From: Eledone cirrhosa
Lineage: Eukaryota
Direction: 5' to 3'
Assembly (NCBI GenBank): GCA_964016885.1
Contig: OZ024745.1
Span: 55,490,001 to 55,554,000, forward strand
DNA length: 64,000 nt
Positions 54,524-64,000 of this stretch are shown in pieces. Within the stretch, counting starts at the first letter, position 1. The number at the start of each line of letters is the position of its first letter. The position numbers and the translations under genes are program-made. The notes below the pieces were generated by a model. It made no database searches, had not been told where the DNA came from, and saw nothing but the letters and a program-made list of their open reading frames with translations.

Positions 54524-54703
54524 ATGGCTGCAACTCAATACCTTTATTGGATAGCCGTTGACGAAGGATGTCCAAAATCACTCTCCTCCTCACCAAGCAA
54601 GCTTGGTGGGATTGCCGCTTTAGTCGCCGATGACCCGACTATGGAGAGGTTGTACTGGGTTACATGTTACCACTAGCACTGAAGGGTGAACTGACAATAA
54701 TAC
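53833..54703. repeat. Two diverged copies of an unclassified element set in (CA)n/(CATA)n tracts
   Basis: Shared start catgatggctgcaactcaatacc (53835, 54520) and shared end agaggttgtactgggttacatgttaccactagc.ctgaagggtga.ctgacaataatac (54271-54329, 54645-54703). Confidence 0.7.
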
Positions 54704-56019
54704 ACACATACATGTATGCATACATACTTACGTACGTACATACATAAATACATACGTACGTACACAAATACATACGTATGTACATACATAAATACATACA
54801 TAAATACATACATACATACATAAATACATACATACATACAGACATACATACAGACATACATACAGACACACGTACATAGGATGCAGGAGGAATGTAAATA
54901 TTAAGATTTATAATTTAATAACAATCATAAAGTCTGCCGAATTTTAGTCTCTATATTTGTTTTCCACTTGATTCAAATTATTTCCAAATGACAATTTTAT
55001 TAGTATTATGAAAATTAATGAGGAAACACGTTGAGATATTTATTTAGCCATATCGATGTCTATACTAAACGAATGTATTTTGCCATTTCATTTCTGTACA
55101 CTCTTTTATTTTTTTATTCTTCAATATATTTCACTTAACGCGGCCTGGAGAATATTGTTGCATTTTAGAAAAAAACTTCCATAGACAATAATTTTGTATT
55201 CGTTTATTCTGGGCGTATGAACTCCTACATCTGGAAAAGAAATCTGCTTTCAAATTGAATTCATATGAGCTCAAATTATGTGTTCAGCTTAGTGTTGAGA
55301 ATGATGTGATTATGTGCCCTATTTAATAAATGCTCATTGAATTAATTGCACATAAGATGGAGAAATTGCCGTGAATTAAACTGATAGGCTAAAAATTATT
55401 TTGATAATTGTATTGACTTTTCAATTCAGCAGTGCAGGCAACTAAATGAATAATAAAACTAACCGTATTATAACATTTCGTAGACTGCATAAACTGTTTT
55501 ACCACTGTGATTATGAAAATTATGAGTAAAGTTGATGTCTTAGTCATAGGGCGGTCCTTGTTTTCTTTTGGTTTAAATGAATTAGCTCCAATGTAATATC
55601 TTCTTTCATTAAATTGTATTTAACAAGCAGGAAAATAAATAACCGTGTGATTAAATTCATCTTCATCGGGGTGGAGAGAAATATTAATATTGATGCGACT
55701 CATAAGTTCTTAGATATTTGGCAATGGGTGGGTTGTTTCATTAAATATTGAGCTAGGTCTATAAAATACAATACTATTTGAATTATCTTAAACGAAACAT
55801 TTTCAGTAGAAAGTTTTGGCTATGTTTCTCATGCTATATTTCTGGTCATGTTATGGAGATTTAAGTGACATTCGTTTCTGAATTATTCAAAGTATATTGG
55901 GCTTAATCCATTCACTAATGCTAAGATATATAATTCTATGCATCCTAGAATATATCCTAGTTCTATGAAATGTTCCTATTAGATGAACGGATACGTTTTA
56001 CCTGCTTATATCTCTCTGT

Positions 56020-56089
<70 letters not shown>

Positions 56090-56095
56090 CCCCGT

Positions 56096-56128
<33 letters not shown>

Positions 56129-56559
56129 CGTTAACTCCACCGACACCATCACCTTTACCCCACTACCCTCGACACCACAAATACCACGATCGCTGCCTCC
56201 TCACTATCCTTACCATTTGCCCGAGCAGCTCCCACTTTGTCACACGGATTTTCACTCCGACACCCAGCACATCATCTTTCAATTCCCTCACCCACAACAC
56301 ACTACTTCAACTTCCATCACTTAAACTACATTTGATCGCTATGTACAAAACACGACCAAACCCTATTACTCACTTATATCTCTGCCATTATTACCTCCCA
56401 AACGCCCACACATACGCATACACACTGAGGCTCTTCATTTGGCTACCACTCACCCAGAACTTCTTTGTCTTCCACTTTAGACAAATCCACCATATACATC
56501 AGACTTACCAATGTGTACGCTACTGGAAACAAACCCTAACCCTCATCATGCTAGATACG

Positions 56560-57000
56560 AAAATCCCGCACGCATACATTAATACATATAATCAAAGACC
56601 TCACAACTTTATCCATACCTCCTTGCCAAACACTCAAAAACATGCAGACACCAGAGAAGGTGCACACTCTCCGCATGGAATCCACCGGAAAGCCCAGGCT
56701 AAAAGCATGCGGCGGAGCGTGTGTCCGCCAGAGCGGCGAAACGGGTTCAAGGCATCAGACATCATACCCTGATGACTACATAAACCGAAATAACCCGGTA
56801 TGCATACCCGACCCTCCACGTCACGCTTGGCAAGAACATCGCCTGAGCCGGGGCAGGTTGACCCGGATTCCACTGACTTTCAGTCAAGTGCATTACACCT
56901 ATGGGACAATATACCTCAACCACAGTGACATACTCCAGTATGGCCGGTCCAAGAACCCCCATGCATGTGTATCTCTTCAATAGAGAGTCCATACTCTCCA
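56560..57000 (+). mobile_element. Possible very old Penelope-like GIY-YIG remnant
   Basis: KACGGACVRQSGETGSR...RHAWQEH loosely resembles CxxCxxxYVGQTG...HAW of Penelope endonucleases. Confidence 0.3.
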
Positions 57001-57541
57001 CGTATTCCATCTTGTAACACATATTATATATTCTGTATATCCCATGCTTCTCCTGTGTACTATCTCATACGCATACACCTTCCTCATTATTCTTTTTTAT
57101 ATATTTCAATGTGACGTTATATCTATACTTTTAATATATTGCATGTTTATTTTTATTTATGTGTATATACGTATGTGTATATATAGATGTATATATATAT
57201 ATGTGTGTAGATATATGTGTGTATATATATGTATGTGCAAGTTTATATTGTTTATGTATGTGCAAGCTTATAACAAGATGCATCATTTCATGTATGACCC
57301 ATTCTATCACCCATTGTGTATCTTTATATGACTTTGTGTATATATCCTATTTGTGTATATATATATGTATATATCTTTGTAGCTGTGCGTGGGCCTGTAT
57401 GTGAATAAGCGCATACTTGTAAGAGTGTATATGAGCCAGTGTGTGTGTGTGTGTGTGTGTGTGCGTCTGTGTATACAAGCACCAAATGTAGCGAAATCGC
57501 TTGCCTGTGTGTGTGTATATATATATATGTATGTGTATATA

Positions 57542-57584
<43 letters not shown>

Positions 57585-58460
57585 ATGCATGTGTATATAT
57601 TTATATATATATATGTGTGTGTGTGTGAGGTTGTGAGCGAGTCTGTATATGTGCCTGTATATGGTCATGCAGGCAGGCGTCTGTGTATGCATATGTCTAT
57701 GGGTTTTTTTATTCGTTCTCCTTAAGTGTGTGTGTATAGCGGGAGTCTATGCGTACGGATGTTGTCATCTATGTAATCATGTCTGTGTGTGGGGGGGGGG
57801 GGGGTGTATGTATATGTGTGTGTGAGTGCGCGCTGGAACGTGTAAACTACCAAACCCAGTAGTAGTAATTCATCGAAGTGTGGCAGAAGGTAACAGCTAT
57901 GGTCAGTAGAATTCACACCTGTTGGTCAGACTTATGATGACGTTGAAAAGCAGCAGCCAATAACAGGACGCGCAAAGAGGATGTTTTCGACGCTAACACC
58001 CCAGTGAAGGAATTTGCTCGGAAATCATTAGTCGTGTCCGTCGCAACAGAATCAGACAGACCCACACAATGATCGTGTCTCGAGCTGTCCGCCGGCGAAA
58101 CAATTGTAACACACAATAAATTGTGTTCAGAGGCATCACTGATTTTTCGTTTTATATTATATATTTATATATACATATAAAAACGGAAGAAGCGAAAGAT
58201 AGAGAAGAGATTAAATAGGGAGAAGTAATAAACAATTATATAATAAAGTTATTCTATTATACATTTACTGCATTATACTGCAGCCTTGTTTTAGACACCG
58301 CCTTGGATTTAATCGGAGATATCCACCTACACCGTGTCGTTCAAAAATCGTACTTACTTAACCAATCACATCGCTCTTGAACTACCGAATTTGGTGAAAC
58401 AAATCGAAACGGGCGAAGCTTTGACACATACACTGACACATACACTGCATATATATATAT

Positions 58461-58733
58461 AACGAAGGAATTGTGGTAAGGAACCAGATGGACCATAACG
58501 CACCAGAGTACTCAATACTTAGGGTAGTAGAGTGGGTAATAGGAAAAAGAATGAACCCGACGGCAGAGCTCAAGCCGTTTTGACGGCTATTTCTGGACCA
58601 GAAATAGCCGTCGAAACGGCTTGAGCTCTGCCACCGGGGTCATACTTTTTCCTATTTCCCACTCTACTAACCTAAGTATTGAGTACTCTGGTACGTTATG
58701 GTCCATCTGGTTCCTTACCACAATTCCTTTGTT
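58461..58733. mobile_element. Inverted pair of family A 3' ends (centre 58597)
   Basis: tttctgg-a-ccagaaa junction. Both arms carry the long tail and differ at several positions. Confidence 0.88.
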
Positions 58734-58780
58734 ATATATACATACAGACACACACATGCACACACATACATATATATATA

Positions 58781-59757
58781 ATCTCTCGGTCGTTAATTAC
58801 CTCGACGTTACCCTCAATTTATTGAATGGGTTGTATTACCCGTATAGAAAGCCGAATGATACGCTTAATTACATAAGTAAGCATTCCAACCATCCTGCCA
58901 ACATAACCAAGAACCTGGTAAGAAACGATTCGTTGAGGCTTTGCCGTCTTTCCACCAACGAGCGTATTTTCAACGACCATTCCACTTATTACAATGAAGC
59001 TCTTGCTCGAAGTGGATTTGTCGATAAGGTAGCATATACAGAGTACGAAAATAGACCTAGAAGAAATAGATCCCGTCGCATTTGTTGGTATAACCCACCA
59101 TATAATATGGAGGTGGCGACACCATTAGCTAAGAACTTTCTTTCCCTTATTACGAAGCATTTTCCCCCTACACATAAATATAGTAACATTTTTAATAGAA
59201 ATACTATTAAAATGTCTTACTCTACGACTCCTAACCTTGCACATAACATCACAGCTTCAAATTTAGCTAAACTACCTAGCCATAGGAACACGTGCAACCC
59301 TGTAGTTAGTACTAACTGTAATTGTAGGAATCGGGTTGATTGCCCCCTATCCAGGAAATGCCTCTCTAGTAACATTGTCTACAAATGTAAGGTTGTAACA
59401 CCCACGTCCCGAAGGGCCTACATAGGGTTAACCGCCAATAGATTCAAGCAGCGTCTTTACATGCATACCCATTCTTTTCGTTACCCTCTAAGAAGGAATA
59501 TGACGTCACTTTCAGCTTATATCTGGAGTCTAAAAGACAACCACACCCAATATAAGTTACACTGGGAGATCCTAGCTAGGGCTAGATCGTATAACGGAAA
59601 TAAAAGACCGTGTGACCTCTGCGCCGCTGAGGCCCTGGAAATACTCTACGCCACAGACCACATCTTAAACAAAAAATCTGAGGCAATTTCGGCTTGTAAA
59701 CATAAATTGCACAAAACTTTCCTGTATTACAGCCCCACGTTATACCCTAACGGATAG
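58781..59757 (+). CDS. Second Naiad-type Penelope family: RT thumb plus GIY-YIG, open frame, 5'-truncated
   Basis: VNYLDVTLNL..YYPYRKPND, SNHP, WYNPP, CNCRNRVDCPL..C, IVYKC..AYIGLT..FKQR..H, CDLC..E, LNKKSE..CKH. The ORF-track N terminus (58621-58780) is read-through of upstream repeat. Confidence 0.88.
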
Positions 59758-60348
59758 TACGATCTATACTTGGATATTTTACGACTTGATGTGGGAGCTA
59801 AGTGTATGTTTTGTTTATACCTTTACTTATTTGCATAGGTAAGTATATATTACCCGCATGTTTTGTGAAGGTACGTATACCTTCTCGTACGTATATTTGA
59901 TTGTTATGGCGTATAATTTTCATATATTCTGGTACATATGGTTTGGCTATGTGTATACGGCAGTTTTGCGTCTGTGTGAGTATGCAGGTTCGTACGTATG
60001 TAGGGTGTGTGTATATGTGTACTTCATGTTTTGGTTGACTTACGTCTCCGAACATTCGTGTATTTACATGTAGGTATGTGTGTGCGCTTGTTATATAGGT
60101 ATTTATTTATTTATATACGTTTATATAATTATTTATTTATTTGTATACACGCATACACACACACACATATTTATATGTGCGTGGTTTTTGTATACCTATG
60201 GTAAGTTTTTGCGTATGCTTGTGTATGTACGTATTTGTTTGCGTGTATGTATTTATTTATTTATTTATTTCTATTACTTCTGTATTGTATTTATATACTT
60301 CGTTCTTACCTCTGTAGCGGAGATTCATTCGGTCTCCTAGTTAGAATT

Positions 60349-60620
60349 TTAGTCTACGACTTCTGCTATACCATTTACGTGGTTTTGTCTTTGCGTGCTA
60401 TTGTTCTCTTCGCTCCACATATGACGTTTCATCTTCGTTTTTTTCGTTCATTTCCAGAGAACGTCTCTATGCACCACCTAAGAGAACATTAGTCTACGAC
60501 CTCTTTTATACAATAAACGTGGTTCTGTCTTTGCGCGTAATTGTTTTTCACCGCTCCTATTAATGGCGTATTATATTCGTTTTTTCCCGTTCTTTGCCAG
60601 CGAACGTTTCCACGAACCAA
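60349..60620. repeat. Diverged ~140-bp tandem duplication in the Penelope 3' region
   Basis: ttagtctacgac...acgtggtt.tgtctttgcg...ccag.gaacgt at 60349 and 60489. Confidence 0.75.
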
Positions 60621-60788
60621 AGTATCGTCTTCCTGTCTTCCTCCGGTTGCAACGTTTTTTGAAATATCCAGTTCTGCGTTTACAGAATGACTTTGTTAGT
60701 TTCATAAGATCCCGTTAAGGGTGAAAGCAGCGATTCTTTGCTTAAACTTTAATCTGTTATTTTAATAAATATATATATATATATATAT

Positions 60789-60969
60789 AGGAACCAGTAA
60801 GACCCCGACGGCTGAGCTCAATCCGTTTCGACGGCTAATTCTGGACCGTCGAAACGGCTTGAGCTCAGCCGTCGGGGTCTTACTGGTTCCTATTACCCAC
60901 TCTACTACCCTAAGTATTGAGTACTTTGGTGCGTTATGGTCCACCTGGTTCCTTACCACATTTCCTTCG

Positions 60970-60971
<2 letters not shown>
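60789..60971. mobile_element. Inverted pair of family A 3' ends (short left, long right)
   Basis: Direct reading; junction ~60847. Confidence 0.85.
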
Positions 60972-61007
<36 letters not shown>

Positions 61008-61059
61008 GTATGTATATATATATGTATGTATGTGCATGTGTGTGTCTGTATGTATATAT

Positions 61060-61511
61060 AACAAAGGAATTGTGGTAAGGAACCAGATGGACCATAACGC
61101 ACCAGAGTATTCAATACTTAGGTTAGTAGAGTGGGAAATAGGAAAAAGTATGACCCCGACGGCAGAGCTCAAGCCGTTTCGACGGCTATTTCTGGACTAA
61201 ATTAGAATTTTTAGCCTGGTGAATAAATAGCCGAACTTGTCAAGGGGGTATTTCCTTATATGGAAGATTGTAGTTGTCAGGAGGATTGGTTAACATTTGA
61301 TGTAAACACAAATAAGTCTATCATGGCATTTGGTGGGAGGTAGGGGTGGCTGAACTTGCCTGTAGAACAATAGGGGGGTGAGTGGAGTCGGGCAAACGTT
61401 GAAAGTGATATGTATACAGCAGATTCTAAGGATAGAATCTGCTGTATACAATCACTTTCAACGCTTGACCGACTCCACTTGAGCTCTGCCGTCGGGGTCA
61501 TAGTTTTTCCT
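61060..61511. mobile_element. Family A variant: minus copy with full hammerhead, fold-back 61381-61479, then ribozyme 3' end on plus
   Basis: Direct reading; flanked by (TA)n. Confidence 0.85.
61153..61249 (-). ncRNA. Type I hammerhead ribozyme, family A variant (core UUGACAA)
   Basis: CCCC-TTGACAA-GTTCGGCTATTT...GGCTAAA/TTTAGTC...AAATAGCCGTC-GAAA-CGGC..GCC-GTC-GGGG. Confidence 0.78.
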
Positions 61512-63590
61512 ATATATATATATATATATGCACTCCCAGAAGTACGACTGGGTTCATTCAGGATCAGCCGGTCTTTACTCTCTGCGGGCGTGGCATTAAA
61601 CATATAATTATGACCTTTAGAGTGAAGTTATTGTATAGCCATTTCTCATAGGTATATTTATGATTAAATAATGCATTGAAACTCATATGTCTATAGGATT
61701 AATATATTATTTACCAATATATTTCACTGTTGCTTTCTATTATTTTCTTCAAATTTTGTTTTATTTTAGATATCAAAATAAAAAAATAACAATGAATTAA
61801 TTTATAATAATAGAAAACACATATGTACAGTATATAGATATTTTTTTATAATATGAAAAAAGAATGTTTATTATGAAAGTATTTTATTATTAGTTTTATT
61901 ATTACCGAATTCAGCTCAAAGACTGCAATTCAGTTGCAGTTTCTGTGATTTTATTCGCACCAGTCACAAATCTGGTACATAGTCAAACCTGCGATGAATA
62001 GGTTCTTTTAGAGGCGTTCTTAAACTCTCATTGTTATAACTGCATCACTGGGTTGTGAGAGGTTTCTTGGGAGCTACAAATGTCACATATTGCTCCATCT
62101 CTCCTGTTAGTTTACCATTGTAACTGAATATACAATATGATGAGGAAAAAAAAAGAACAATGCCGTATAGTTTAACAAGGGACGCATTCAACCTTAGGTA
62201 GAGAGGTCTGTTCAAAAAATATATTGCTGCTTTCCATTTCGTACAGCAGAAATTGGCGATGGGCATGATCTGGGAAGCGTGGGATGGAGGTACAAATATT
62301 GCGTATCCCTAGGCACCATAAAGCATCCGAAACGGAGCAAACCTTGACAATTGGAACATTGCTTTCAATTATGTTAATTATTAGCAGTGTCGATAGATTC
62401 GTAATTGTATCTTTCAATGGTTTATTTTATATTATTCAATTTTCAATATTGAACTGTCGAAATGTAATAATTTCAAGAATATAATGTGTAGATATATACA
62501 ATGTGTTTATGATATATCTTATTTTACAAATCAAACTGCTGTTTTGTCTTATTCACCTGTGACGTCCCTTTGTTAAATATATGAATTATTAAGACATTCA
62601 CGCGTGTTTTGAATCATGCAGACTGTTTCTGAACGCAATAGTATTATTTTGATAAAATAAACCATGTTCATATTCCAGTGCAATTCTTCATAAATATATA
62701 ATCTATTCAATACCATAGTATCGTTAAGACATGAGTAACGTAGGCCATGGTTGACCTGTCCAGAAAGACAACTCTCAAATGCGCCTTATGTCTTATAAGC
62801 AAAATTATGTAGGCGTGGGAGACCGGTTAAACACATTTATCTACACCTTGATTGCGTATGTAAGAGCCCAGTACCTTTCTAACATTGATAATAATTCTGA
62901 AATCAGAGAATATCATATGAATTACAGATTTACCTACCGTCTTTCTTTAAGACTTTATCGGCGTTCTTGTGGTAGAAGGTACATTGAAATTTCAATGTAA
63001 CCTGCCAATTGAGAACTTAAATATCCCTTATATACAGATGACCATTTTAACTTATTTGTTGATAAAATATATTTTATATACTTTAGTACGGAAATTAGTA
63101 ATTTAATGTAACTTTCAAAAAATATATATATATATAAAGACAAACTCAATATATTTCGGGTTTACGTGAAGTTACAAACGTTAAAAATTTAATGAGGATG
63201 AATAAATTATGGATTTACATTATCTGACAGATTCTATATAATAAAATAAATGAAAAACTAAAGTTACTATCATAGACATATGACTACAATATAGCTAAAG
63301 AACATTTATATTCTAACTCTATGTACAGAATTATATTATAATTTAATCAGAAATTGTAGACGCAATAAACAGCTAATCGATAACATATTTTATAACAAAT
63401 GGAACTGTCAAGTATTTTGAAAAATCACACTCCTTATTAGAGTAACTAATACAAAATATATATCCTTAGGTTTAAATTCCAGCTGATAAAATTTGGTTTT
63501 AAAGAAAGAAATTGGATTGTTAGATAATAACAGAAGTCGCCGTCGCCATGAATATGTAGAGAAATTTGAACTAAATCAAACTAAGAGATA

Positions 63591-63698
<108 letters not shown>

Positions 63699-63787
63699 GT
63701 ATATATGTGTATATATATATATATATATACATATATATACACATATATATAAAACGAGTAAATCAGACAAAGTTGGAATTCCTTTTA

Positions 63788-63832
<45 letters not shown>

Positions 63833-64000
63833 ACAGAGTACGAGAGAGAGACGGAGAGAGATAGAGAGGCAGAGCGAGAATTCAAGAAATGTAGATATAC
63901 TAAATTTAGATAGAAACTCCGTGTATCAATATATATGATATATTACATATTATATTTTCACAATAATTCGTTATTGTTGGTATATATATATATATGTACA

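Noticed and set aside
62045-62484. Short ORFs or a possible exon near 62250-62300
   Set aside because: No recognisable product or convincing splice pair.

Overview
Eukaryotic, repeat-saturated window with no supportable host gene. The AT-rich (TA)n/(TAA)n landscape and a tRNA-derived SINE suggest an octopus-like cephalopod (inference). It holds two retroelement communities. (1) (TAA/TTA)n-associated LINEs: Tx1/L1-clade copies, one with an intact 1139-aa EN-RT ORF2 at 41989-45408, and R4/Dong-like RLE elements; there is also an RTE fragment and a SINE. (2) (TA)n-associated Penelope-like elements (Naiad-type GIY-YIG) plus several short non-coding families. Manual folding finds type I hammerhead ribozyme motifs in five different families (A, B, C, D, F). 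These include a U3-A8 covaried core in the Penelope termini and 450-500-bp tandem retrozyme-like arrays. Nearly all sit as tail-out inverted pairs. Three Tx1 copies also carry a 52/53/54-nt GTAAGT...CAG segment between ORF1 and ORF2 whose removal would fuse the ORFs in frame in every case. All calls come from reading the sequence by eye; no searches or folding programs were run.
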